Below, one piece after another: positions 1 to 13,760 of a stretch of 64,000 bases of DNA. The stretch spans positions 18,290,001 to 18,354,000 of the forward strand of contig OX597834.1 in NCBI GenBank assembly GCA_951406725.2. The letters are read 5' to 3'. The stretch is from Octopus vulgaris (Eukaryota). The stretch's first letter is position 1. Every line of letters begins with the position of its first letter. The translations under genes and the position numbers were made by a program. The notes beneath the pieces are model-generated. The model did no database searches. It worked only from the letters and a program-made list of their open reading frames with translations, and was not told where the DNA came from.

Positions 1-152
1 TTTTAAGGAAAAATTACAAACTTCAGATTAAACATCTTGAAAACCGTTTCATTCCTGATTTTGTTATACACAAATATGATTATAAAACAAGGTAAGTAAT
101 AGCTTTTTAAATGTTTAACTTTAAAATAAAATGTATTTCTTTTTAAACTTAC

Positions 153-201
153 CCATAGGCAAGCAGTGTATTTGAATTCTAGCTTGTCGCGATCAGAACT
201 A
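153..201 (-). CDS. Candidate internal exon 3 (49 bp) of an unidentified minus-strand gene; (R)SSDRDKLEFKYTACLW
   Basis: Minus strand: acceptor cattgcttttcag, then TAGTTCTG...GCCTATGG, then donor gtaagttt. Only one frame is open (phase 2 in, phase 0 out), matching the phase-2 end of exon 18034-18187. Confidence 0.55.
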
Positions 202-590
202 CTGAAAAGCAATGTATTTGTAATAGATGTTTGCTCCTGAGAAAAATCTGAATCAGTAGACGATTGATAAAAGGCATCCCACTATGGACACCCAATCTTT
301 ATTTCAGGCAATGTGTCTAAGACTGTTATCCAATGTACTCTTCCATCTTTTACGACCGACAGGGAGTGATTTGGGAGAGTTCGGTCGCTGTTTCTAGCAG
401 ATCGAGCGATTAGCTTGACCAATTTGGGGTTCAAAATGGTTGTAAAAAGGGTCAACTTCGCTGAGAGTGAAAGAGAGAGAGAGGTAGGACAGAAAGAAAG
501 AAACTGAGCGTTCAACACACTCTTTGAACAAATTGAAAGAGCAGACGACTTATCACGTGATAGACTGCTGAACACCCCGACATTATATCA

Positions 591-987
591 ATTTCTTTAC
601 TACCCAAAAGGGGCTAAACACAGAGAGGACAAACGGATTAAGTCGATTATATCGACCCCAGTGCGTAACTGGTATTTATTTAATCGACCCCGAAAGGATG
701 AAAGGCAAAATCGACCTCGGCGGAATTTGAACTCAGAACGTAACGGCAGACGAAATACCTATTTCTTTATTACCCACAAGGGGCTAAACACAGAGGGGAC
801 AAACAAGGACAGACATAGGTATTAAGTCGATTACATCGACCCCAGTGCGTAACTGGTGCTTAATTTATCGACCCCGAAAGGATGAAAGGCAAAGTCGACC
901 TCGGCGGAATTTGAACTCAGAACGTAACGGCAGCCGAAATACCGCTAAACATTCCGACCGGTGTGCTACCGTTTCTGCCAGCTCGCC
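591..987 (-). mobile_element. tRNA-derived SINE with Meta-like central domain, dimeric form
   Basis: Head GGCGAGCTGGCAGAAAC, B-box-like GAGTTCAAATTC and core GCCTTTCATCCTTTCGGGGTCGAT..AAGYACCAG; the body is present twice. Confidence 0.9.
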
Positions 988-1477
988 CAGCGAGATGAAA
1001 TGGTGTGTCACGGAATTTAAAACTTTAGAAAATCTATAGTCATGTCTAAACGTCACGAATACTGTATTATTCATGATTTTGTCATATACAAACAAGTACA
1101 TGGTATATAATACAAGGTTAGCAACAGTTCTCTAGTTTTAGCTTTAAGCAAAATGGGAGAGTGATATTTTATTTGATGGTCCAGTGTTCCTGTATAAGTA
1201 AAAAAAATGAATCATAATTGTTTAGCCCCGAGGGAAATCTGGACGAGTAAACTAATTATAAAAAACGATCCTTAAGTTAAATGCTCCAGTTTTAGCTACA
1301 TCGATTAGCAGCTAATAATTATTTAGTTTAAGCCGTCAGAGGAAGTTTTTTTTCATTTAATATTTTGTCTTCTAATCAAAAGCTTAACTACAGTTTAACG
1401 CATCTATTTTCTCGACTTTATTTCTTGATAACTTCCTTAATAACGCGTATATTTTTACGAAATTTTGCAGAAATATT

Positions 1478-1617
1478 AGGATGTCCCAAAAGTTCGTAAA
1501 CACTTGCGAAAATTGAATTTTTACTCGCCAAGTACTAACAAAAACAACAAAAATTATTCCTCAAAATAAAGACCATTATTTTCCAAGACTTTCTACGAAC
1601 TTTTGGGACAACCTTAT
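1478..1617. mobile_element. Tc1/mariner-type MITE
   Basis: TIRs taggatgtcccaaaagttcgta and tacgaacttttgggacaacctta, with TA ends. Confidence 0.7.
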
Positions 1618-3316
1618 AAAATTTTGAAGGTATACATGACAATTGTCATTTTTTTTTTTTCATCAAGAAAAGACATTCATATCATTTTAACTATTTTGAC
1701 AACTTGCTCATAATCTTTGAACAACGTAAGCCATTATCCTCATTGATATTATTTATTATCAATACGAAATCGGAAGGAATGATAAAATATTCTTTCTAGT
1801 TTAAGTTTTGTTTATGACAGTATAAATCGAAAATAATCAGAACTTTGAATATTTTCCATTTGTAGGTTATAACCCAATTAAAATGGATTATTATTATTTC
1901 TTTTGTTTTCTATTGAATTAAATTCACTACCTTATTTACTTCCCTTAAACCCGTTATATTGTTAGCTGTTGGTTGACAAAAGTGAGAGTATTTAACACAA
2001 AGATTACTCTAAATGACTTCCTTTCTTTTTTAAAGACAAGTAGGAAGTAACTTGAAGGATATTTGGCTTCTATTTCTTGCAAGGCGAGCGACAGCATGGG
2101 CTTTAACAGTTTAATTTTCTAACAGTCAACCCCGCTAAAAGCATTCAAGATCCAGATGGTGGTGGTGGTGGTGGTGCGTGAATGTATATGAGTGAGAGAG
2201 GAAGAGGGAAGGGGAGAAAGGGAGGGATAGAGAGAGGGAGACGGGAAGAGAGAGCGTTCAACACTATCAAGTCGTGAAGAAATTGGAAGCAGACGACACA
2301 TCACGTGACTGTTATGTCAGTAGTTCTCAAATGGGGGAGCTTCAGGTTTTTAAAAGAAAAATTTTAAACGAGCAAATTCGTAATAATGATGGAACGACTT
2401 GAAAAAAGTGTTATTCACAATTTTCTAATACATAGATATATAATTTATAAAACGTGGTAAATAAAAGTTTTCTATATTTTCAACTTGAAAATAATGAAGT
2501 GAAAACCAAGTAATGTGCTTATGTCACAGACGTTTAGTACCGGCAGAACTCTGAAGGAGCAAATCAATGATAAAATGCGATCCACCATGACTATTCTATA
2601 TTTAAGTAGTGCATTTAAGACTATGTTATTCATGTATCCATCCCTCCCTTTTTTAAAGTCACATAAGGAGTGATTTAAGGATATTTAGCTGCTGTTTCTA
2701 GGAGAACAAATGACGAGAAAGAGGCTTTCAAGGGTTTGCAATAGAGTCAGCTCTGCTAAAAAGCACTCAATACCTCGTTAAAATGTGTGGCTTAGTTGCC
2801 AGTATTTTTTTGTTTTTTTTTGCCAAAAATGTATCCAAATGAACAGAATCCAATATCTAATAGATAATTTAGTTTATCGAATCCAGGAAGGAGGAAAGAT
2901 AGAAAATAAACTGAATAGATGAAACTAACTTGTGTAAAGAACTGAGTCTGTTCTTTTGAGAAAAAGAAATGGACACATAGGGAAAGAGAAAGAGATACGT
3001 CGAACAAAGTAGGAGGCAATGGATTAAGAGGACAAAAGGGCCAGACTGTAGCGTTAACGAGAACGGGATAACAATTTCAGCGTAAAACGTGCGGACGTCA
3101 CACGTTCGTTCTGAGAAACTAAAAAAAGTTTGAAGTTAATATAAAGAAGGAGAAAAGAAAAATACACAAAGAGCGAGAAAAGAATACATGTTGCGATGAG
3201 AGGTTGGAAACAAGTACTGTCATGGACTAAGAAAGTGAACAAAAAGGGTCAGTTAAAAAAGAAAAAAAAAAGGCAAACAAACCCTAATCACAAGAGACTA
3301 ACACACAAAATGTGTG

Positions 3317-3553
3317 AACGTGTGTGGCTTAGTGGTTAGAGTATTCGGCTAACGGTCGTAAGGTCGTAAGTTCGATTCCTGGCGGTGCGTTGTGTACCTG
3401 TAACTCAAAGGGCCCAGCCTTGTCATATTCTGAGTTACATTGAATCTCCCTGAGAACTATGTTAAGGGTACGTGTGTCTGGAGTGCTCACGAGAGTTTGT
3501 TTCGTTGATCGGATAAACTAAACCCCCGCCATCGTAACCGATGGGGTGCCAGT
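3317..3553 (+). mobile_element. tRNA-headed SINE (third family), internally deleted
   Basis: A box tggcttagtgg and B box agttcgattcc. The body is shared with 44607-44932 and 52524-52680. Confidence 0.75.
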
Positions 3554-4049
3554 CGTATATATAGACACATATATGCACATATACACACAGTCACATATGC
3601 ATACACAAAAAATCCTTATATATACATATATATAACATACATATATGTGTGTGTGTGAAACGATAGTTTGAAGTACCTGAATTCTTGGATTTTCTTACCC
3701 CTACGATACTATTGGATTACCATCTGGGATTTCGTCGGAACGTCACCCTTTATTATGTATATACATATATCTATACACAAATATGTACATATATGCTTAT
3801 AAATGTGTGTATGTCCGAACTAATCATTCTTTGGTTAGGCAACATGTGTAACCTTTACACTGCTATCCGAACACTTTGCTAGTCAGGTTCTTGCATGAAG
3901 CACTGCTAAGGGGATAGCTTGGATTTTATCTACCCCCTCAATATATATGAGTGGTTTCCTTATATGAACGAAGTCGTTTATGTAGAATCTTGAGAATAGA
4001 TTTGGCTATTTTTGTGTCACCTTTTTCCAGAAACAGCTGGGTGAATAAC

Positions 4050-4842
4050 CAACGGCATTGAAGAACATAAATATTAAAGTTGTAGTTGAGAAAAAGTTAG
4101 CAGAATAGAGGACTGGAAGCCATCTGAATATTGGAAAAGAGATACTCATGTTGACATCATCATCGTTGCTCAATACTCTGTGAACACTGTAAAGGCTGTA
4201 GGATGCGACATGGACAGCTGAAATGAAGACTACAAAGCCGTGATCAGCAGAAAGGGACACAGCAAGCGTCTTGACTGTGTCTGCACACCGGAATTTATCC
4301 CCCCCCCCCAGTCTTTGAACAGGGCCTGAGGCTCAATTCAGATAGCTAAAGTGAAGGTACTGGAGTATGTAGTCAAACCCAGGCTGGAGAGGCATGCTGC
4401 AGGAAGGCAATATATGTGGCAGACGGATTCAATTCTTTGCCATACTTCCGCAAAGAGTCACAAGTGATTGTCAGAGATTTCCTACGACTTCATCAACCCC
4501 AACTTCTGTCCTTCAATTCCTCCAAATATAATCCCATGCGTGGGGCGCAGTTGAGAAAAACAGCAACACATTCTACCTGCAACATAAAGGCTGAGCCTGT
4601 GGCCAAGATCGAAGAGGTGCTCGAAGATCTTCCCAGGAACACAATGAGGAACGTATGCACCAGGTTCCGGAGCTGTCTTGAAGCCGTGGTGGCAGCTGAG
4701 AGGGGGTACTTTGAGTAAATTGTTATCTCCCAGCCATAAATTAATTTATATATTTTGACTTAAAATTTTTTCCTTATTTTTGGATGGGATATTGTTTTCT
4801 TTTCCTTTTATGCAAACTGTCAAATTTAGCCCGAACACTATG
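4050..4842 (+). pseudogene. Decayed Tc1/mariner-superfamily transposase, DD37D/maT-like
   Basis: Frameshifted peptides VVKPRLERHAAGRQYMWQTDS..CHTS and EDLPRNTMRNVCTRFRSCLEAVVAAERGYFE*, with a TIR-like end caaatttagcccgaacac. The left boundary is approximate. Confidence 0.75.
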
Positions 4843-4923
4843 TGAAGAAACTATTAGTAGCTCTTGTACCTATACACACACACATACTATATATATATAT
4901 ATACACAAATCTATATCTATCTA

Positions 4924-4975
<52 letters not shown>

Positions 4976-4994
4976 TACATACAAATATACAGAT

Positions 4995-6005
4995 ATGATG
5001 CCATCATCATTGTGATACTAGTTCCCAGTCAAGTGTTTTTTTTTTGTTTCATGTTAGGGAACAGATAATAGTCAGCTGGGTTCAAATCTAGTTGCCCAGA
5101 TTAGGGAGGATGGTTTACCAGTTCAAAGCCACAGCCACGCATAGCAGCCATTGAAACGAAGGACTTGTATGCTGGACCATTGTTCTTATTGAACTAGACC
5201 CCTTTCGTCAGTTTTCGCGAGCGTTTGGTCTTGATAGTCTTTTGAAATTGCTTAATGCTTTCTATTGATTGTGTGGCCCTTCTGAAGATAGTTAATAAAC
5301 ACAATGCATTTCGCATCCTAAAAAACTGATGAAACAACCTTGGCCGCCTTTGAAGTAGGTGAAGAGGGGGTGTTTCAATTGCATGGATTGTCTCTTTGTT
5401 TCTTGTTCAAGTGATGAGGCCAACACTCATCCTGGGTTAGGAAATGTTTAAGGAAACTTGCTGGATCTGTCGCAAACAATCTGAGATTTTCTCATGATGT
5501 GATCAGCTTGGTGCTCTTTTGATCTGGTGTCAGAAGAGGTGACACTCACCGAGCAGAAACTTTCGTCATACCTGTCATCCATCCATCACCAGGTGGTGAA
5601 CACGATCAATGTTTTCCTCAGTGGTAGCAGTTGCAGGACATCAGACCTTGGGTGATCTTCAACTCTCTCCCTTCCCTTCCTAATTTCAGTTGCCCACTTT
5701 TGCACTGATGATAAAACTGGAGCGTCATCCCCTAATATAACAACAATGTCAGCATGAGTGTCCTTGAAAGCTAAACCCCTTTTCTGCAGGCACTTGATAC
5801 CATGACGATGCTAAATTTTGTCTATTTTCAAGATAAGTTGCTACTAGTTGTTTTTGAAGTCTTCTTTGAACAGTCAGATGTCAGTTTACCTGGAAAGAAA
5901 CAATGCAGTTATTAATAAGAAGGGTTGAAATTAATGCATGCGAGATTTCACAGGTATAGCGTCACTCCTTCATAGTCAGCCTATGAACTTTTCAGCCCAC
6001 CCTCG
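4995..6005 (-). mobile_element. Decayed mariner (DD34D) element, same family as 47180-48450
   Basis: TIR cagcctatgaacttttcagcccaccctcg followed by TA. The reverse complement is colinear with the 47-48 kb copy. Confidence 0.85.
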
Positions 6006-6285
6006 TACATATATAGAAGACAGATAAATGATAATGATGATGATGATATGCATATGTATAGATATATATTTTATTAGTGTGTGTGTGTATGCGTGTGTGC
6101 GCTCACACGTGTGGGGTGTATTGGTATATAAATGGATATATGCATATACGCATACACATATATGCACACTCACATATAAAGATATACATATAAACGCACA
6201 CATATATACCTACATACAAAATATGCACACACCTACACCCCAACAAATATGTATATATATATGTGTATGTATATATACATGCGTA

Positions 6286-6685
6286 GGCGCAGGAGTGGCT
6301 GTGTGGTAAGTAGCTTGCTTACCAACCACATGGTTCCGGGTTCAGTCCCACTGCGTGGCACCTTGGGTAAGTGTCTTCTACTATAGCCTCGGGCCGACCA
6401 AAGCCTTGTGATTGGATTTGGTAGACGGAAACTGAAAGAAGCCCGTCATATATATGTGCGTGTGTGTGTATGTTTGTGTGTCTGTGTTTGTCCCCCTAGC
6501 ATTGTTTGACAACCGATGCTGGTGTGTTTATGTCCCCGTCACTTAGGGGTTCGGCAAAAGAGACCGATAGAATAAGTACTGGGCTTACAAAGAATAAGTC
6601 CCGGGGTCGAGTTGCTCGACTAAAAGCGGTGCTCCAGTATGGCCGCAGTCAACTGACTGAAACAAGTAAAAGAAAAAAAAAAGAA
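6286..6685 (+). mobile_element. Full-length tRNA-derived SINE (family A, internal TA/TG microsatellite)
   Basis: GGCGCAGGAGTGGCTGTGTGGTAAG...GGTTCAGTCCC head and ...GACTGAAACAAGTAAAAG tail; near-identical to 50951-51372 and 59059-59483. Confidence 0.9.
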
Positions 6686-7372
6686 AAAATACATACACGT
6701 ACACACACAGCAACCATGGTGAAAACTGACAGGGGTGACAACCCTAAAATCTTAATTAAATAAAAATAGTATTCGTGTCAAGCAGTGGAAAGGAGTCTTA
6801 TGTTGACAATACGATGGCAAATCAGTATTAGTACTATGTATTGCATATTCGAGCTTATTGAGCATAAACAATGAATGGCTTGATAACTAGAAATAAGAAC
6901 TTGAGAGAACCCAAGAACACGCTAGCATGAAATGAACCTGGTACACAGTGTAGTGAGCCGAGAAATTTTAATTATTTAAAATTACATCGATGATGATCTC
7001 CACATCCTGGCAAGATCAGACTCACTTTCCTCTTATGGCACACATTCTATTTTCAATTAAAATTTTCTGCCTCACAACACTAAGTACATTAGCACCGACC
7101 TTACCATTTTGTTTTCATGCCGAGATAGTCACTGGGTAGTTTCTCCTTGTCCTTATATACACCACTACCCCCATACAAACACGAATTATTCCTACCTCCC
7201 CACCAAAAATGTGCATACAATGAGAGAAAAAATGCAATATCAGATTCCATATTTATTAGGAAGTGAAAACAGCAATAAATGTTACTCTCAGTTTTACATT
7301 TCCAAAGATATACCACCCCACCACTCTCTATCTCTCTCTGTCACTCTTTTTCCCATACGCGCGCGAGCATTA

Positions 7373-7714
7373 TACACTAATTCCTCGACTATCGCGGGTA
7401 TTACGTTGCAACCACCCTACGCGATAGGTGAAAATCCGCGAAGTAGAAACAGTACTGTATTTTTTTAAATTATTTTTATAATTTATATATATTTATTTTA
7501 ATATAAATGCAAAACAACACCACAGAGGAATCGACGTAGGCTTAGATAATAAACCGCGATAGGTGAAAATCCGCGAAGTAGAAACAGTACTGTATTTTTT
7601 AAAATTATTTTAATAATTTATATATATTTATTTTAATATAAATGCAAAACAACACCACAGAGGAATCGACGTAGGCTTAGATAATAAACCGCGATATGGC
7701 GAGAGATTACTGTA
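7373..7714. mobile_element. Tigger/pogo-type MITE with an internal ~135 bp tandem duplication
   Basis: Ends tacactaattcctcgactatcgcgg and ccgcgatatggcgagagattactgta. The unit cgcgataggtgaaaatccgcg...gataataaac occurs twice. Confidence 0.8.
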
Positions 7715-8744
7715 CATATAACATACACTCATATACAGATGACGCAGACATTCAGACATACACGCGTACAAATTGAATATGTATGATGTGAGTCGTTCGC
7801 AAGCAATGATCTACAGTGTCTGCCAGACAAGATACAATTCTATTCACTTTCATATATTGTTCTTTCTTCCTTTAATAGCACAAGTGGTTTGTGACGGTGA
7901 AAGTTCATTGCTTTAAGAGTCAATGACCTGACGATCACAAACGAAAACAACGATCTTTCATGCTGACAGAAAAATAATTGATTAAGAGACAGACAAGCGA
8001 ATAACATTTAGAAATCTATCAGACTGCTTAAAAGACGAAATATAGAATTCATGTAGAGAATTTTTTTCTTCTTTTAATATTTCTTTCACAGTTTAAGCTA
8101 AGTTCTGCTCAATCAGTGCTGTTCTAGCCACGATCATCCCGTCTTTGTATATCCTTATCCAATGCATTTTTTTCTGTATTTCAAACGGGGAGATGTTACT
8201 TGAGGGAGATTAAGTGCAGGTTGCTAGATCAGTTTTATGAAATATAGCACACAATTTTTCAAAAACTAGCGGAATGTCTTACAAAGAAACCGACAATAAA
8301 TGTGTGCGGCTATGTATGATTACAAACACATATACATTAATCTAGTAATAGTCAACATAAAGTTGTTGTTTTTTTATTTATCCAATCGTGCTTTACATGG
8401 GGGGTGGGAGAAAACAGAGAGTTAACATAAATGGTGTCGGATGAGTGCACATATTAGGCTTTGTCGCAGGCACCGAGTAAAGGAGCCCCCCCCCCAAAAA
8501 AAAACACACATAGTGAAAGAGAAGGGATCATAATGACATAGGAGAGAATAAAGGGGAAAGGAGATACATGTAAAAATAATTGCAAATTGGCAATTCATTT
8601 AAAATTTCATAAGCTTTCAAATATTTTTATTTACATTTCGATATGAATTAATAATTTGCAAATAGCCTGAAGGAGAGAGAGAGAGAGGGGGGCAGTATTC
8701 TAGTTTGATGTCTCAACTTAATAATAATAATTCATATACACACA

Positions 8745-8900
8745 CGACGAACTTCTTTCAGATTCCGTCTACCAAATCTATACACAAGCCTTTGGTCGGT
8801 CCAAAGCTATATAGTAAAACACACTTGCTCAAGGTACCGTGCAGTGGGACTGAACACGGAACCATGAGGCTGGGAAGTAAACTTCTTACCACACAGAACA
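8745..8900 (-). mobile_element. SINE family A, 5' half
   Basis: Reverse complement of the family A head (gcagtgggactgaac, ccgtctaccaaatc). Confidence 0.8.
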
Positions 8901-10937
8901 CACCTTGCTTGTTAGGGGGTTCTACTTTACCTAATCGTTGATATTTTAATACAATATTCAATAGGATTCTTACTTTTACAATTCAGCATTGATTTAGGGT
9001 TTAACAGCAAGCCCTATCACGAAATAAAGATAACATTTGCGTAATGTTGCTGAAATGCTTTAATCTTAGCTCTAAAACATATTGAACTGTAATCTCATAT
9101 TCTCTGCACATGATTTTTCAGTGGTGTACTCAAGTGCAGTTCACCTAGATGCTGGACAATCAGAACCTAAAACAATTACAGCGTGGAAGGCACATATCCG
9201 TTTAGAACACACAAAGACCCTTAGGTTGAGCATTTATTTTGGTGTCAGAATTTTGGTCGCACTAACTTGGTCACTGAAAAGATTCCACTGCATCTCAAAT
9301 CACTAAATCACTAGCTAGACAAGAACATCTCTGAAACCAGAACCCAGATTTTGAGAAAATTAAAACCCGCTCATTAGAGCTGACTCATTATATTAATTAA
9401 TGTACATTTCTTTCTTTAAGAAGGAGATAATTGTAAGTTGGAGAATTCTAGCAGGTCGAGCGATCACGTACGGGTTCACTCATATGAGGATGCTGTTTAG
9501 CTCAGATTAGCCTGAATGGGCAAAACCTACATGATTAAAGGTATTTCAACTATGTCCGCTCCGTCTTCATTGCAATGTATGTATGACTTAGCCAATATGT
9601 CTCGTTTTCAAGACGGCAGGAAGAGATTTGGTTGCTATTTCTAGCAAATCGGGAGATGGATGCTCAGGCTTGCATATGATAATGTAATGGAGATACAGAA
9701 GCCTGTACAACTTGTGCTTAACGAACCCGTGATTCATTAGAAAATGAATAATCCCTGCTGGGAGTGTCTATGTAATAATACTGACATTTATTTAGTCTAA
9801 CTCTAAGCAAGACGCAAACCATGACGTCTATCTTCTGACTATTTATTATCTCAGACAATATACTTGTCATTAGCAGTTTTGAAAGACAGACAGATGTAAT
9901 TAGAGAAAGATTTATCAGATATTTCTAGCAGATTGAGCGACCACTTAGAGATTTCCTCATTCTTCAAAGTAAGGAAGTGGAGTACAGTGGTACTGGTGGC
10001 ACTAAATATCATATTGCATATATGTATATAGGCAGTGATATTCAACCCGGCACGCTGAATAAGGAGGCGCTAACGATGTAAAATCACAACAGCAGCTTTT
10101 TAAAAGTTTTTTTTTGTATGAAAATTAGAATAAAAATTGTTTTAGATCAGCGATGGAAACATGCATTGCACTTTGCTGTAAAATAATACCTCTGGATCGG
10201 TGCAAGAATTAAAAACGCAAAAGTTTTCTAAAAATCCGGTCACTTTTTGATTCTCAAAAACTTGCAACACAGTGGTTAGAAATATCCACATATAGTTATT
10301 TACAATGAAATAAATCCAACCTACATGTTTTAAAGGGTCTTCTGACAATAAATAACAACCAGTAACTGTATCTATATCAACACCTCATAGTGTTTGAGAC
10401 ACAGCTAGATATATAAATGTAACACTCGACGAAGTTGACACTACGCGGTCGCCCGACTCGTCAGAAATAAGTGAATTTTCCATCAAAATCATACATACGT
10501 TTTAAAACAAAGGAAGGATACGATCGACTATGTTGTCCTATATAAACAAAAGAGCTAGGTTTGATCGACTAAGAGCTAAATAACTACGAATTTACATGAG
10601 TTAACAACGGAAACTTTAAGCAGTCATTCGATCTACTAGAATTATAAGCCAAATCTTCCTCCAATCACATCTTGCTTTTTTAAATAACGGATATGATATA
10701 ATGTAGTGTTGGATGCGTTATGCCTGAAGAAGCCAGGATGGTCATGGTTGAACGTTTTTGATCATAAGTCGCTTCGATCAAAACTGTCATAGAACGAAGC
10801 AATTACTACTACGGCAAATTTACAGGGAAGTAAACAGTCGATTCAAAGCTTAATCAACTCCAGGGGTTATGAACTCAGAATGTTTAGAGGCAATAATACC
10901 CCACCATCATTGAAATGTAAATGCGATAAATGTATGA

Positions 10938-10938
10938 A

Positions 10939-11025
<87 letters not shown>

Positions 11026-11031
11026 GAGAGA

Positions 11032-11096
<65 letters not shown>

Positions 11097-11117
11097 TAGA
11101 GATAGAAAGAGAGAGTA
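10938..11117. repeat. (GA)n microsatellite
   Basis: Seen directly in the sequence. Confidence 0.95.
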
Positions 11118-11538
11118 GAAAATGAAAAACAGTTTGAGTGGAGGAGAATAACTAGACAAAGAGAGAGGATGAAAAAGACAGTGTAGAGGAAACAAAGACA
11201 GGAAATATGGAAGAGAGAGAGTGGTGAATGATAAAAAGAGTAGAAACAAGGAAAAGGAATGACAAGTGATGAGAAAGGGGACACGAAGGGAGGAGGGAAA
11301 AACATGTTTAGAACTAAGTAATCCCTGATTGCTGAAAGGCGTTCCAGCCGTAACCACCCCCGTCAGGGACGACCTTATTCAATGTTTCTTTTAAAACGAT
11401 AGAGGGATCTCATTGTCTCGAGATAAATGTGGGATTGATGAGAGGTGGAGGAGAAAAATAGATTTGGTGGTGAGAGGAAAAGAGAACGGTAAGCACTGAG
11501 AGTGGAGTGTGAAGAAGAAAGAAGAGAGAGAGAGAGAG

Positions 11539-11569
<31 letters not shown>

Positions 11570-12159
11570 CAACAAAGGAGAAAACTATGACAGGAAGATG
11601 GAGGTGCAAAGTGGACAGAAAGCGAGTGGATAGACAGTTAATACACGAGAAGACAAAAGACAGATACATAAAGTATGGGGTGGTTTCTTTCATTTAAAGA
11701 AGGAGATTAAACAGTTAAAAGAGAGGGAGAAGAAAACACCAATACAGACGGATTACACGACTGATAAACACAACAGGATAGAATGACCAAATTCTCAAAA
11801 ATTACACCTTACCATCTTGATGGAAAATTACTACATTGGATATTGTGGTCCAAAGTATCAAAAAATACAGGATTGTCACGGTTAGTACGCTTTCGTTCAT
11901 AGATCTGCTCGATCGAGTTTGACAAGGGGACGAACAACAACGTAAACATAAACAGCGGACACTACTAGTAGTAGCAAACATATATCAAGATGTGAACAGA
12001 TAACAAATGTGAGGAGGTGGGGTAAAGTAGAATAGAGAATTAAAACAGAAAAGGGGGAGAAACAGAGAAAAACGGGCAGTAGGGAAGGGCATAGGAGGAA
12101 GAGATTTAGAAAGACAAAGTCAGATATGAGAGATGTAACGATGGATTTAGAGGGGATAT

Positions 12160-12371
12160 GGGCGGCGAGCTGGCAGAAACATTTGCACGCCGGGCGAAAT
12201 CCTTAGCAGCATTTCGTCTGTCTTTTTGTTCTGAGTTCAAACTCCGCCGAGGTCGACTTTGCCTTTCATCCTTTCGGGGTCGATAAATTAAGTACCAGTT
12301 GTGCACTGGGGTCGATCTAATCGACTGGCCCCCTACCCCAAAATTTCGGGCCTTGTGCCTAGAGTAGAAAA
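12160..12371 (+). mobile_element. Meta-domain SINE monomer with 16-bp TSD
   Basis: TSD GGATTTAGAGGGGATA at 12143-12158 and 12372-12387. Confidence 0.9.
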
Positions 12372-13124
12372 GGATTTAGAGGGGATAAGGAACAAGAATG
12401 ATAAGCATTCAGAGAGAAGTGGAGACAGATTGAATTAAAATCAGAGAAAGGATGACAAACGTCATGTATATTTCTGCATAGGCACATGGTCAGATGTTTT
12501 TTTCCCTTTTTTTTTGGTGGGGTAAGGAGACCGGTATTTGATTGGTACTTTTTTTATCGACCCCTAATGGATGAAAGGTAAACTCGACCGCAGAATGTAC
12601 TGGTCATAACTAAATATAACAGTCATTTTGTCCTTCACTCTGAAGATTCCACCTACTTCCAGGCGTTAGGATAATGATAGATGTAAAAGTAAACACACAG
12701 GGGTTTGTTTTTAGTAAACTCATTTTTAGCTTCGCCACGAAAAGTAAACAATGTTATTAAGATATGTTTTATTTTTAATCCAATTAACAAAAGAGACATT
12801 TTTTTTTGTCTTGACCACGCAGAAGCTATTTTCCAAGATGAGATTTAAAAATATGCTTTTTAAATAAATAAATAAATAAAATTAAATTAAAATAGTAAGA
12901 TAACGTCACTTCTCTAAGATTGATTTAAATCACCAAGAGATAAAAACAATGACAGGTGCAATGGGAGAAAGTTTGTGAAGGTAGGAGCATCACAAAGGCA
13001 CGAAGGGGGCTACAGAGATGTCAGGAGAGGAAATGGATCAGAACAAATATTACTTTTAAACTTTGAAGACGAAGTATTCTAATTAACGAACGAAATACAT
13101 GCGTGTGCACACACACATGCAAAT

Positions 13125-13340
13125 GTATGTATGTGTTTGTATATATGTATGTGTGTATATATGTATGTATGTGTGTATGTTTATATATATATATACATAT
13201 ATACATACATATATATATACATATATACATACATATATACATACACATATACATACACATATACATACATATATACATATATACATACATACATATATAC
13301 ACATATATATATAACACCAATATATATATATATATATATG
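13125..13340. repeat. Compound (TA)/(TACA)/(TATG) microsatellite
   Basis: Seen directly in the sequence. Confidence 0.9.
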
Positions 13341-13760
13341 AAGTAGATTAACAAAGACTATAGTATTAGGTAGGTATTGCCCAAGGTTATAGCAATAATT
13401 AAGCTTGTTATAATACTTCGTGACTGCAAATATAGTATTAGAAATAAAGCAATGATTTGCTGTCAAAAGACTCAGACTTAGCACTTGAAACATGAAATTC
13501 CTTCGTCATCTATTGCACTGTCTCTCTGTCTCTCTCGCTCTCTCTTTGTATCTGTCTGTCTCTCCCCCCTCTCTCTCGCACTCACACAAAAGCTCTCTCT
13601 TAGAAGTTAGCATTTATTGTCCTTTAAGAATATATCACATCTTAGAATTGGCTGTTTTTGTCTAGCACTAAGTCAGTCCTGATCAAGCAGACCCGTGATC
13701 AAAAACATACCTGTTGCTATCATCTTTAAGTTATTAAATGCATGCATGCATACATACATA

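Noticed and set aside
845-1101. Recurrent ORFs MRNW.LIYRPRKDERQSRPRRNLNSE and MSSNARGTNTDTQT
   Set aside because: Chance frames of SINE sequence; the recurrence reflects repeat copies.
10880-11357. ORFs rich in ER/RE or SL repeats (also near 42.3, 51.7 and 53.8 kb)
   Set aside because: Translations of (GA)n/(TC)n microsatellites, open in several frames.
13021-13493. ORFs rich in YI/HT/CV (also 27.3, 50.3, 54.1 and 60.3 kb)
   Set aside because: Translations of (TA), (CA) and (TATG) microsatellites.
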